This document shows positions 38,886 to 49,600 of a stretch of 64,000 nt of DNA, piece by piece. The first letter of the stretch is position 1; each line of letters opens with the position of its first letter. The notes beneath the pieces were generated by a model that saw only the letters and a program-made list of their open reading frames with translations, searched no databases and had not been told where the DNA came from. The stretch lies in NCBI GenBank assembly GCA_965223545.1, contig OZ245006.1:6624001-6688000 (forward strand). Reading direction: 5' to 3'. Origin of the DNA: Planctomycetota bacterium. Its GTDB lineage: Bacteria > Planctomycetota > UBA1135 > UBA2386. The translations under genes were made by a program, and so were the position numbers.

Positions 38886-38967
38886 TCGAGGAAGGCGCTG
38901 CTCTTCGCCACGACTCGAAGCATGCGCGGACGAGGCGCCGTCGCCGGTAGACCTGCGAAACACGAGA

Positions 38968-41268
38968 CTAGCCGCGCGGCCGCCGCTGCAGCCAACGCGG
39001 CAACAGATAGAAGTCGAACCAGAGCGCGGCGCCGATCGCCAGCGGCGCGGTCCACGCCAGCTGGCGGTAGTCGGCCAGGCCGCTGAGGGCAAAGGTGGCA
39101 AAGCCTGCGGCCAGCGCCACCGAGCTCAGCAGGATCGAGCCGCCGACCGCGGCGACTCCGGCGCTGACCGGATCGGGGTGGCGGTTGCGCTGCGCGCGCC
39201 GCACCGCGAGCAGCAGGTGCACGGTGTCATCGACCAGGACGCCCAGCAGTGCGGCGGTCAACACGGCGGAGTAGACGCTGACCGACGCCCCCGTCAGCAC
39301 CAGTAGATTGGCGATGGCGACCACCGTGAGGCCGTTGGCGAGCAGGGCGGCCCACCATGCCCGCAGGCTGGGGGCGGCGGCGGCCAGCAGCAGCGCCAGC
39401 AGGCCGCCGATCGCGACCACCGACCGCAGCTGCGTGTTGCGTGCCGCCACCGAGGCCTCGGCGACCAGCACTGCGTAGCCGGTCGTGTAGATGCGGCGGG
39501 CGCCGAGTGTTGCGCGAAACGGGGTCAGGACTTCGCGCTCGAGCTTCGCCGTCAGCGCCAGCAGCGCGCCGGGAGCCAGCGCCGGCACGCGGCAGCCGAA
39601 GCGCAGGCGATCGCCGTCCGCCGACACCAGCTCGGCCATCGCATCGGCGAACTGCGCGACCACCGGCGACGCCGACGCCGCGCCGGAGGCGGAGATGCGC
39701 AAGTACGGCTCCAGCAGATGGCGGGCGGCGTACTCCGCCGTCGCCGGCTGCAGCGGCAGCGCGGCTTCCGCCGCCGGCAGCAGCCGGTGCTGCAGTCCGC
39801 GCAGCAGGGTCGCCGGGCCGAGGACGAACGGCAGGCTGGCTCCGCCACTGGCGCGCAGCGCCTGCTCGAACGCCTCGAGCTCGAGCAGGGTCGACGGTTG
39901 TAGAAGTCGGTCGCGGTCGAGATCGACCACGACCTCGAGCGTGGTCGGCGCGCCGAACAACGCCTGCGCGTGCCGGGCGTCGGCGACCCGCGGATGGGCG
40001 GCGGGCAGCTGCTGCAAGGGGTCGTCGAGGGGCAGCAGCGCGCGGTCGACGAGTAAGAACCAGGGCGCGCCGAGGAGGACCGCCACGGCGATGGCGCCGC
40101 GGCCGGTAGCGCGCAGCGGCGCTCCGGACCGCGACCCGGCCGGTATCGCGGCGGCCGCTGGTGGCCCGCAGCAGAACCGCATCGCGGCGCTGGCGATCGC
40201 GAAGGCGAGCGCACTGCCGGCGGCCACTTCGACGCCGAGCGCGCGCAGTGGACGGAGGTCGCTCAGTGTGAGCGCGGCGAAGCCGGCAGCGGTGGTCGCG
40301 GTGGCCAGAGCGCACGCCAGCCAGACCGAGCGGCGGGTTGCCGCACCGCGGCGCAGGGCGCGGCCGAAGTGGACATACGTGGCGCCGGCGGTGACCAACA
40401 GCAGGGGAGCCAGCGCGTGGCTGAAGCCGTGCAGCGGTCGGCCGGCCGCCACCGCTCCCCACGCCAGGGCCGCGGTCACGATCGGCCACGCGGCGGTGAA
40501 GCCGACCGCGGCGCGCGCCGGGACGCCGCCGGCCGCGCCGAAGGCGATGACCACGAGCAGCGCTGCGAGCGCGCCCCAGAGAGCGTCGCGCTGCAGCTGC
40601 TCGATCGCCGTCGCGCGCAGCAGCGCCGCGCCCGTGGCCCACGCGCGGATCGTGGGGTCGGCCGGCGCCGGCAGCCCGTCGGCGATGGCGAGCGCGCGCG
40701 CCGCGTAGTCCGCCGTGTCGCGCATCGCCGGCTCCAGCAGCACCCAGATCGCGATCGCCCGCCCGTCGGCGCTGATCAGGTGGCGCAGCAGCGGATCGCC
40801 CGTGATCCGCGCGCGCAGGTCCTCGGCTTCGTCACCGATCGCCTCGCGGTCGGCCGGCAGCAGCGCGCGCGGCAGTGGGGGCAGGCCCGGGTCGAGCACG
40901 GCATAGTCGGCCGTGTTGGCCAGGCTGACGACCTTGGCGACCTCGGCGCGCGGCTCGAGCCAGGCGACGATGCGGTCGACGGCGGCGAAGAACCCGGGCC
41001 GGAACACCGGATCGGCAGCCGCGTCGCGGACCGTCACCAGCAGCGTGTCGTCGGTGCCGAAGGTGGCGTCGAAGTCGGCGAACGTGGCCGCCGTCGGGCT
41101 GTCGTCGGCGAACAGCTGGCCGAGCGAGGTGTCGAACGAGAGCCGCGGCATGGCCGCCATCAGCGCCGCCACGCCGGCCGCGGCCGCTGTTGCGGCCACG
41201 CCGAGCCGCCCGCGCCCGGCCCGCGGGCGGCCCGATCGGCGCGCCGGCTGCGCGGAAACCACGTCCAT
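38968..41268 (-). CDS. MMPL/RND-family membrane protein (divergent, Ala-rich)
   Basis: Two TM bundles with periplasmic loops; LSFDTS, FGTDD, TTAAGFAAL, GVLVDDTVHLL. Confidence 0.75.
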   Translation of the reverse strand: MDVVSAQPARRSGRPRAGRGRLGVAATAAAAGVAALMAAMPRLSFDTSLGQLFADDSPTAATFADFDATFGTDDTLLVTVRDAAADPVFRPGFFAAVDRIVAWLEPRAEVAKVVSLANTADYAVLDPGLPPLPRALLPADREAIGDEAEDLRARITGDPLLRHLISADGRAIAIWVLLEPAMRDTADYAARALAIADGLPAPADPTIRAWATGAALLRATAIEQLQRDALWGALAALLVVIAFGAAGGVPARAAVGFTAAWPIVTAALAWGAVAAGRPLHGFSHALAPLLLVTAGATYVHFGRALRRGAATRRSVWLACALATATTAAGFAALTLSDLRPLRALGVEVAAGSALAFAIASAAMRFCCGPPAAAAIPAGSRSGAPLRATGRGAIAVAVLLGAPWFLLVDRALLPLDDPLQQLPAAHPRVADARHAQALFGAPTTLEVVVDLDRDRLLQPSTLLELEAFEQALRASGGASLPFVLGPATLLRGLQHRLLPAAEAALPLQPATAEYAARHLLEPYLRISASGAASASPVVAQFADAMAELVSADGDRLRFGCRVPALAPGALLALTAKLEREVLTPFRATLGARRIYTTGYAVLVAEASVAARNTQLRSVVAIGGLLALLLAAAAPSLRAWWAALLANGLTVVAIANLLVLTGASVSVYSAVLTAALLGVLVDDTVHLLLAVRRAQRNRHPDPVSAGVAAVGGSILLSSVALAAGFATFALSGLADYRQLAWTAPLAIGAALWFDFYLLPRWLQRRPRG

Positions 41269-41306
41269 CGTGCGCCGCGGATGATACCGCGCTACGCTCT
41301 CGGCCC

Positions 41307-42224
41307 ATGAAGCTGGCGATGTTGTTCACCGGGCAGGGCTCGCAGTTCGCGGGCATGGGCGCGGACTTGGCCGACCGCTTCGCCGCGGCGCGCGAGGTGT
41401 TCGACCTCGCCGACGAGGTGCTGGACGCACCGCTCTCCAAGCTCTGCTTCGAGGGGCCGGACGAGGAGCTCGCCCTCACCGAGAACACGCAGCCGGCGAC
41501 GTTGGCGGTGTCGCTGGCGGCGTACCGTGCCCTCGGCCGCGTGCCGGATCTCGCCGCGGGCCACTCGCTCGGCGAGTACAGCGCGTTGACCGCCGCCGGC
41601 GCGCTCGATCTCGGCGACGCCCTGCGGCTGGTGCGCGAGCGCGCCCGCCGCATGCAGCGCGCGGTGCCGCGCGGCGTCGGCGGCATGGTCGTGCTGCGCA
41701 AGATGGCGCGCTCGGAGGTCGAGGACCTGGTGCAGCGCGTCGACCGTGGCGTCTGCGAGATCGCCAACTACAACTCGCCGGCGCAGTACGTGGTCTCGGG
41801 CGAGACCGCCGCGCTCGAGCAGGTGATCGAGCTGGCCGGCGCGCGCAAGGCGATGCAGCTGCCGGTCTCCGTGCCGTTCCACTGCTCGCTCCTCGCCGCC
41901 GCGGCCCGCGAGTTCGCCGAGGTCCTCGACGCGGTCGAGATGCGCGACCCGGCGTTCCCGATCTACACCAACGTCGATGCCGCGCCGGTGACCACCGCCG
42001 CCGCGGCGCGCGATGCGCTGGCGCGCCAGTTCGCCGGCGCCGTCCGCTGGGAGGGGAGTGTGCGCCGCATCTTACTCGACGAGAGCACGCGGCGGTTCGT
42101 CGAGTGCGGGCCGAAAGCCCCGCTGCTGCGGATGGTGACGCAGATCGCCGCGGCGATCGACGCCGAGGGCGTCGAGACCTACTCGGCGACCACCGCCGAC
42201 GAGGTGGAGTCGCTGCGTTCGTGA
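41307..42224 (+). CDS. fabD: Malonyl-CoA-ACP transacylase
   Basis: FTGQGSQ, TENTQPA, GHSLGEYSAL, ANYNSP, VSVPFHC. Confidence 0.95.
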   Translation: MKLAMLFTGQGSQFAGMGADLADRFAAAREVFDLADEVLDAPLSKLCFEGPDEELALTENTQPATLAVSLAAYRALGRVPDLAAGHSLGEYSALTAAGALDLGDALRLVRERARRMQRAVPRGVGGMVVLRKMARSEVEDLVQRVDRGVCEIANYNSPAQYVVSGETAALEQVIELAGARKAMQLPVSVPFHCSLLAAAAREFAEVLDAVEMRDPAFPIYTNVDAAPVTTAAAARDALARQFAGAVRWEGSVRRILLDESTRRFVECGPKAPLLRMVTQIAAAIDAEGVETYSATTADEVESLRS

Positions 42225-43225
42225 CCGGCGCGCGCCTGCGGACCGCGCGGCGCGGGCTTTGGCCGCTGTCGTGCATCTACGGGGGCGCGATTCGCCTGCG
42301 CAACGCGCTGTTCGACGCTGGCTGGCGTCGCATCGGTCGGCTGCCGGTGCCGGTGATCTCGGTCGGCAACCTGAGCGTCGGCGGCACCGGCAAGACGCCG
42401 CTGGTGCTGTGGCTGGTCGAGGCCTTGGCCGGTGCCGGTCATCGGCCCGGGGTGCTGGCGCGGGGCTACGGCCGCGCGCCGGGTGCGGCCCTCAACGACG
42501 AGGGCATGCTGCTGGCGGGTCGCCACCCCGAGCTGCTGCAGGTGCAGAACCCCGACCGGGTCGCCGGCGGCCAGCGACTGGTCGAGCTCGGCGCCGATGT
42601 GGTGGTCCTCGACGACGGTTTCCAGCACCGCCGCCTGCACCGCGATTGCGATCTGGTCTGCGCCGACGCCGCCGCGCCGTTCGCCGACCGCCGGCTGCTG
42701 CCGGCGGGGGACTTGCGCGAGCCGGCGCGGGCGTTGACCCGCGCCGACGCCGTCGTGCTAACCCGCGCCGCCGGCCTCGACGAGGGCCGCCGGGCGGCGG
42801 CGCGCATCGCGGTGCAGCGCGCGGCGGGACGCGAGCTGCAGGTGTTCTACACCGAGCACCGGGCGCGCGATGTGCTGGCGCGGCCGAGCGACGAGGTGTT
42901 GCCGCTGTCGGCATTGCGCGGCCGGCGCGTGGCGCTGCTGTCGGCAATCGCGCGGCCGCAGTCGTTCGAGGCATCGGTCGCGGCACTCGGCGCCGAGATC
43001 GTGCTGCGCGAGCGCTGTCGTGACCACCACCGCTTCACCGCGGCGGAGCTCAGCGCGGTGCGCGCCCGGGTCGAGGAGCGCGACTGCGTGCTCGTGGTCA
43101 CCGAGAAGGACGACCCCAAGCTGCCGATCGACCTGCCGCGCTGGGTGCTGCGCATCGACTTGGCGTTCGACGGCGAATCGCCCCATCGGCTGTTGGCGCG
43201 AGTCTTACCTGAGAGGCCACGGTGA
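42221..43225 (+). CDS. lpxK: Tetraacyldisaccharide 4'-kinase
   Basis: PVISVGNLSVGGTGKTP, LARGYG, DDGFQH, LLPAGDLRE, DHH, TEKD. Confidence 0.95.
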   Translation: MTGARLRTARRGLWPLSCIYGGAIRLRNALFDAGWRRIGRLPVPVISVGNLSVGGTGKTPLVLWLVEALAGAGHRPGVLARGYGRAPGAALNDEGMLLAGRHPELLQVQNPDRVAGGQRLVELGADVVVLDDGFQHRRLHRDCDLVCADAAAPFADRRLLPAGDLREPARALTRADAVVLTRAAGLDEGRRAAARIAVQRAAGRELQVFYTEHRARDVLARPSDEVLPLSALRGRRVALLSAIARPQSFEASVAALGAEIVLRERCRDHHRFTAAELSAVRARVEERDCVLVVTEKDDPKLPIDLPRWVLRIDLAFDGESPHRLLARVLPERPR

Positions 43226-44121
43226 GCCGGCCGCGGTCGCGAGTGCGCATTCTGCTCGAGTACGGCCTGGCGCGCGCCGGCCTGTGGTTCGTCGGCATCC
43301 TGCCCGAGCGCCCCGCGTACGCGGTCGTCGGCGGCATCGGCCGGCTGTTCTTTCGCCTCTCGAAGCGACGGCAGGAGTACGCCCTGCGCTTCTTGCGCGC
43401 GGCCTATCCGGAGGGCAAGTCGGACGCCGAGCTGTTGGCGCTGGCCAGGGTGGCGACCGGCAACATCTTCAAGGTGTCGCTGGACATGGTGCGTTCGACC
43501 AAGCTGATCCGTCAGGGCAAGATGCGCGAGCGCGTCGACATCGCCGAGTTCCGCCACGCCATCGAGCGCGGGCCGGTGTTGATCGTCGCCGCGCACTTGG
43601 GCTCGTGGGAGGTCGGTGCGATGACCGTCGGCCTGCACACCGGCGAGGCCCACGCCATCGCGCGCGAGTTCAAGAACCCCCTGCTGCAACGCTTTCTGCT
43701 CGACAGTCGGCGGGCGGCGGGACTGCACGTGCACCCCAAGCGCGGCGGCATCCGCCCGCTGACGCGGGCTCTCGAGGCCGGCGGCAAGTGCATGACGGTG
43801 GTCGACCAGCACCAGCGCCTGCGCGGAGTGCAGGTGCCGTTCTTCGGCCGCACCGCCAGCACCGAACGCTCGGCGGCCAAGCTCGCGCTGCGCCTCGGCT
43901 GCCCGGTCATCGTCGCCAGCTGCGTCCGCGTCGGGCCGGGCTTCGAGTTTGCCATGACCGCCAGCGAGCCGCTGCCGATCCGGGCGACCGGCGACCGGGA
44001 CGCGGACGTGGCGGCGGCCGCCGCGGTGGTGAACCGCGGCCTCGAGGAGCATATCCTGCGGCATCCCGACCAGTATCTCTGGATCCATAACCGCTACCGC
44101 GACGCCGAGCAGAGCGCATGA
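43222..44121 (+). CDS. Lipid A late acyltransferase (LpxL/HtrB family)
   Basis: HLGSWE, DQH, VPFFG, ILRHPDQYLWIHNRYR. Confidence 0.9.
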   Translation: MSRPRSRVRILLEYGLARAGLWFVGILPERPAYAVVGGIGRLFFRLSKRRQEYALRFLRAAYPEGKSDAELLALARVATGNIFKVSLDMVRSTKLIRQGKMRERVDIAEFRHAIERGPVLIVAAHLGSWEVGAMTVGLHTGEAHAIAREFKNPLLQRFLLDSRRAAGLHVHPKRGGIRPLTRALEAGGKCMTVVDQHQRLRGVQVPFFGRTASTERSAAKLALRLGCPVIVASCVRVGPGFEFAMTASEPLPIRATGDRDADVAAAAAVVNRGLEEHILRHPDQYLWIHNRYRDAEQSA

Positions 44122-45074
44122 CCGACAGACCCGACGACCTGCGCATCCCGTCGGTGCGCACGCGCCGCAATTTGGTGCGCCGCGCCGACTTCGCGGTGCC
44201 GATGGCGCCGGTCGCCGGGTTCGCCGACTGGTTCGGCAAGCTGCCCGACATCTACGGCGGGGTCGCCCTCAAGCGCGTCGTCGAGCTGATCGTCGACGCC
44301 AAGCGCGACGGCAAGGTGGTCGGCTTGGCGCTCGGCGCCCACGTGCTCAAGGTCGGTTTGTCGCCGCTGCTCATCGACCTGATGCGGCGCGGATTCATCG
44401 GCCACGTCGCCACCAACGGCGCCGGCGCGATCCACGACTGGGAAGTCGCCTTCATGGGCGAGACCTCGGAGGACGTCGCCGAGAATTTGACCGACGGCCG
44501 CTTCGGCTTTTGGCGCGAGACCTTCGACGCGCTCAACGGCGCCGCGGTGCGCGCCGCGAAGACCACCGACGAGGGCTATGGATTGGCGCTGGGACGCGCG
44601 ATCCGCGAGGACGGCCTGCCGCACGCCGAGCTGTCGGTGTTCGCCGAGGCGGCGCGCTTGGGCATTCCGGCCACCGTCCACGTCGCCTTCGGCTGCGACA
44701 TCACCCACATGGACCCGGCGCTCGACGCCGGCGCGCTCGGCGTCGCAACCCAGCGCGATTTCTGGTCGCTGGTCGATACCGTCGAGCGGCTCGACGGCGG
44801 AGTGTGGCTCAACGTGGGCTCGGCGGTGATCATGCCGGAGATCTTCTTGAAGGCGGTCTCGATCGGTCGCAACCGCGGCCGGCTGGGCGCCGACTTCGCC
44901 ACCTGCAACTTCGACATGCTGCAGCAGTACCGAGCCCTCACCAACGTCGTGCGACGGCCGCCGCGCGAGGGGCTGTCGGTGCTGGCGCAGCACGAGATCG
45001 CGCTGCCGCTGCTGCACCAGGCGGTGCTCGCGGTGGCCCAGCAGCGCGGGGTCGCGTTCGAGGAGGAGTCGTGA
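44118..45074 (+). CDS. Conserved hypothetical protein, deoxyhypusine-synthase-like fold
   Basis: GAHVLKVGLSPLLIDLM, ATNGAGAIHDWE, DITHMDP, NVGSAVIMPEIFLKA; overlaps both neighbours. Confidence 0.72.
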   Translation: MTDRPDDLRIPSVRTRRNLVRRADFAVPMAPVAGFADWFGKLPDIYGGVALKRVVELIVDAKRDGKVVGLALGAHVLKVGLSPLLIDLMRRGFIGHVATNGAGAIHDWEVAFMGETSEDVAENLTDGRFGFWRETFDALNGAAVRAAKTTDEGYGLALGRAIREDGLPHAELSVFAEAARLGIPATVHVAFGCDITHMDPALDAGALGVATQRDFWSLVDTVERLDGGVWLNVGSAVIMPEIFLKAVSIGRNRGRLGADFATCNFDMLQQYRALTNVVRRPPREGLSVLAQHEIALPLLHQAVLAVAQQRGVAFEEES

Positions 45075-46552
45075 GCCGACAGGAGCCGCGGCTGGCGTCG
45101 CCCGACGAGCTGGGCCAGCTGGTGCACCAGCTGGGCAACGGTCCGGTGCTGGTGATCGGCGACTTGATCCTCGATGGCTACATCGAGGGCTCGGCGCGGC
45201 GCGTCTCGCCGGAGGCGCCGGTGCTGGTCTTCGAGACCGAGGCGCAGCGCCACCTGCTGGGGGGTGCGTGCAACGTCGCGGCCAACCTGGTGTCGCTCGG
45301 CGCGCAGGCGTCGGTGCTGGGGGTGATCGGCGAGGACGTGCCCGGCCAGCAGCTGGTCGATCTGCTCGTCGCCGAGGGCATCGACGTCGACCCGGTGGTC
45401 CGCGATCCGTCGCGGCCGACCACCCGCAAGACGCGCTACGTGAGCAAGACCGCGCAGGTGTTGCGCGTCGATCAGGAGCGCCGCCATCCGCTGGAAGGTG
45501 CCGCCGAGGAGCACGCCTTGGCGGTGCTGGCGCAGCGGCCGTTCCCCTTTCCCGCGGTGTTGTTGAGCGACTACGGCAAGGGCATGCTGACCCGTCGAGT
45601 CATCCAGGCGGCGATCGAGGCGGCGCACTCGGCGGGCGGCATCGTCGTCGTCGATCCCAAGGGGACCGACTACACGATCTACCGCGGCGTCGATCTGCTG
45701 ACGCCCAACCGCGAGGAGGCCGAGGCGGCGACCGGCGTGCGCATCGATGGCGTGCACGATCTGCCGCGGGTGGCGGAGGTCTTGCGGCAGCACACCGGGG
45801 TGCGCACCGCGACCATCACGCTCGGCAAGGACGGGATCTACTTCGAGACCGAGGCGGGCGCCGGGCGGACCATTCCGACGGTGGCCAAGGCGGTGTTCGA
45901 CGTCACCGGCGCCGGCGACACGGTGGTCGCCGTGCTCACGCTGGCGCGCGCCAGCGGTCTGTCGCTGCCGCACGCGCTGCAGCTCGCCAACCTCGCCGCC
46001 GGCGTCGTCGTCGGCCGCTTCGGCACCTGGGCGGTGTCGCGCAGCGAGCTGCTGTCGGTGCTGGGCCAGGCCGACCCCGGCAAGATCTTGACGCGGCCGG
46101 AGGCGGTGTCGATCGCCGCACGGCTCAACGCCGAGGGGCGGCGGCTGGCGTTCACCAACGGGTGCTTCGACCTCCTGCACCCCGGCCACACCGAGTACTT
46201 GGCGCGGGCGCGGAGCTACGGCGACGCGCTGATGGTCGGCGTCAACACCGACGCCAGCGTGCGGCGGCAGAACAAGGGCGATGACCGGCCGATCGTCGGT
46301 CTGCCGGACCGCATGGCGGTGTTGGCCGCCCTGGCGGCGGTCGACTACGTGGTGCCGTTCGACGAGGACACGCCGCTGGACTTGATCCGCGAGGTGACCC
46401 CGCGGGTCCTGATCAAGGGCGAGGACTGGCGCGACAAGGGGGTCGTCGGCGGCGATTGGGTCGAGGCGCACGGCGGCCAGGTGGTGCTCGTTCCGCTGCG
46501 GGAGGGCTGCTCGACCACCGCGATCATCGAGCGCATCCGCCGCGGCGGCTGA
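45071..46552 (+). CDS. hldE: Bifunctional ADP-heptose synthase (kinase + adenylyltransferase)
   Basis: RVSPEAPV, LGGACNVA, SDYGKG, VVDPKG, DVTGAGDTV; FTNGCFDLLHPGH, LIKGEDW. Confidence 0.95.
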   Translation: MSRQEPRLASPDELGQLVHQLGNGPVLVIGDLILDGYIEGSARRVSPEAPVLVFETEAQRHLLGGACNVAANLVSLGAQASVLGVIGEDVPGQQLVDLLVAEGIDVDPVVRDPSRPTTRKTRYVSKTAQVLRVDQERRHPLEGAAEEHALAVLAQRPFPFPAVLLSDYGKGMLTRRVIQAAIEAAHSAGGIVVVDPKGTDYTIYRGVDLLTPNREEAEAATGVRIDGVHDLPRVAEVLRQHTGVRTATITLGKDGIYFETEAGAGRTIPTVAKAVFDVTGAGDTVVAVLTLARASGLSLPHALQLANLAAGVVVGRFGTWAVSRSELLSVLGQADPGKILTRPEAVSIAARLNAEGRRLAFTNGCFDLLHPGHTEYLARARSYGDALMVGVNTDASVRRQNKGDDRPIVGLPDRMAVLAALAAVDYVVPFDEDTPLDLIREVTPRVLIKGEDWRDKGVVGGDWVEAHGGQVVLVPLREGCSTTAIIERIRRGG

Positions 46553-46674
46553 CGCGCGGCGGGCGGCGCGGTTCGACCAAATGTGTGCGGCGCCACCGTA
46601 ACGGTGGGGCCGTTTTGGTTCCTCTGCAGGAAAGGGGCTGCTCGTTGCCCCGAACCTCCAAGGGAGAACACTCG

Positions 46675-49600
46675 ATGCAAGCCTCGCTCCGTACGCGTTG
46701 CGGCGCGCTGTGTGTCTCGGCCGCCTTCGTCGCGGTCGTTGATGTCGCGGCGATGCAGCCGAACAACCTCGTGCCCTATCCCGCGGTGACCACCACGCCC
46801 GCGGATGTTCCCAATCTGTTCGCCGAGCCGTTCACCGGCATGGCGCTCGACAGTCAGAACCGGCTGTTCGCGGTCAACACGCACGGCAGCACGCTGGTGC
46901 GGGTCGACTCCAGCGGCACGGTGTCCTTCGGCACCGGCCTCAACCCTGTCTCGGTCGCGGTCGTCGAGCGCCTGGGCGAGATCAAGGTGGCGGTGGTCTG
47001 CGCCGGCACGCACGCGATGTTGTTGCACGACGCGGCGAGTGGACGGATCGAGAACGTTCGCAGGCTCGACTCCGAGCCAGCGGACATCGTCTACGACGAC
47101 GAGCGCGAGCTGGCGTTCGTCACCTGCCGCGGCGAGAACACCGTGCTGCAGTTCGATCCGCTGAGCTTCGGCGCCGCGCCCGTGTCCTACAGCATCGAGT
47201 GTGGCCAGCGGCCGGGGTTTCTGTACTTGGACCGCGGCGATCCCGGGGTCGCCGACAACCGCGTGCTGTTCGCCGCGTCGGTAACCGGCAACAACACCAC
47301 CAACATGGTGCCCGCCGGAGAGGACCCGAACGACGGCATCGTCTTCGATCTGACCGGCAACCCCGGCGGTGAGCTCGACGATTTCGATATCTACCGGATC
47401 GATCCGGGGTCCGGGACGGTGGAGCCGGCGGTGACGGGCGTCGGCAGCCTGATCTTCGATTTCGCGCGCGCGCCGCAGCCGCCACACGGTCTCTGGGTGT
47501 TGAGTACGGACAGTCTGAACGCCGACCCCGCGCGGCAGAGCGAACCGGCGTTGCGCGGCAACTTCGTCATCAACCAGCTCGTCGTGGTGCCGGGAATCCT
47601 GCCGGTCGGGCCGGTGGCCGCCCCGCCGGGCGTCGACCTCGACGACACCCAGCCCGGCGTGTCGGGTCCGCAGTACGACGCGTGCCAGGCGATCAATCAG
47701 GCGCGGGCGCTGGAGTTCTTCGAGGGCGGCGCGTTGGTCGCCAGTCCGTTCCAAGATCGCATCTACCGGATCGCCGCCGACGGCAGCCGCAGCTTCACCT
47801 ACTACCTGCAGCCGGGATCGCAGTGCTACGACGTGCTGGATGTCGGCAACGGCTTCTTCGCCGCGCTGTGCCTCGGCACGCAGAACATCGAGATCTTCAA
47901 GTGGGATCAAGTGTGGCGCGTGCTCAGCTACCCGCTGGGCTACGACCCGACGCCGGAGCAGATCCGGCGGGGCCGCGACGTGTTTCTAGATGGCCGGATC
48001 TCGCAGGACGGTCGCTCCAGCTGCGCGTCGTGCCACGCCGGCGGTGGCTCGGACCAGCTCGGCTGGCAGCTGTCGAGCCCGCCCAACGACACCAAGGACG
48101 TGATGGTGACGCAGAGCCTGTTCGGCATCGCCGACACGTTTCCACACCACTGGCGCGGGGAGCGCGACCTGGCCGACTTCCAGGGCGCGTTCCAAGGGCT
48201 GTTGGGAGCTCCGGCGACGGCACAGCCCGGGTCGTGCGAGCAGCCCCTCTCCGACCAGAACATGATCGACGTGATCGCGTTCATGCAGTCTCTGACCGCG
48301 CCGGCCAGTCCGTACCAACACCCGACGCGCCAGGTCGACGGCGATGTCGTGACGCCGCCGATCGACGGCAACGACCCCTTGCCGGCCGGTGACCCGGTGC
48401 AGGGTGTGATCGACTTCCTCACGGTGCCGATCCCGGGTGAGGACAACATCACTTGCGCCGATTGCCATCACATCAAGACCGGGAGTGACGGCAACGCGTT
48501 CGATGTCAATGGTGGCGCGATCCCGCGTTCGACGACCACGGAGGTCGCGCACTTGCGGCAGATGCAGAACAAGGGCCGCCGCATGAAGGTGATCGGGTTG
48601 CCGTTGGCAGGCGGGGCGATGGTTCCGACCGACGTCAATGACAACGGCTTCGGCTTCGGCCACGGCGGTGAGTTCGGCACTCTGCGGACCTTCGTCGAGG
48701 CGTTCAGCCTGTCGCCGTCCGCGACGGCGAACATCATCGCCTTCCTCGAGCAGTTCGACCAAGGCCTGTCGGCCGCCGCGCACTGGGTCGAGTGGTTCGA
48801 CGCGCCGGCGGCGGCGGCGGGTCCCGCGGTGCGCGATCGCATCGAGGACTTTCTCATCGACGGAGCCGATCTCGACTGGAGCGACTTGGCGGTCGTCGGC
48901 CGCACGATGATCAGTGGCTCGATGCAGTCGATGCGCTGGTGGTTCGATCCGAACGCGGGAGCCAACGGGGAGTTCGTGCCGGAAACCACCGCGCAGCCGT
49001 CGATCACTTGGGGACAGATGGAGGCGGACGTGGCCGCGGGGACGACCGAGGCCGCGTTCATCGGGCTGCCACCGGGAGCCGGTCCGCGATTCGCGATCGA
49101 CTACGACGGCGACGGCGTGCGCAACGGCGATGACAGCCTGCCGTACGAGCCGACCTACGGGGGGCCGAGTGCTCTCCCCGCGCTCTTGTCCTGGAAGGTC
49201 GATCTGGAGACTGCGCGGCTCGGCAAGCTGCACCTCGAGTTCAGTGAGGAGGTGACCTACTCGATCGACTACCGGGCGCGGGCCAAGGGGGCTGGCAGCC
49301 CCGGACCGCTGCGCACGGCTACGCGCGAGGACTACGTAGTGCGCGATGCCGCGCATCTGCAGCACGCCGAGCCCGGCTTCCCCGACATTGGCGGCCAGCA
49401 GAGCATCGTCGAGTTCGACGCGTGGATCACCTTCACCGACCGCGATGGCAATCAGGTCAGCGGGTTCAAGCTGGAGACCGCGCCGGGTCTACCGACGTTC
49501 GTGTCGCTGCCGTTCTTTCCGGTCGGCGACACCCAGCGCGAGCCCAAGCTGTACCACATCCAGGACATTTCCCTAGTCTCCGCGAATCGGCTTGGCAGTG

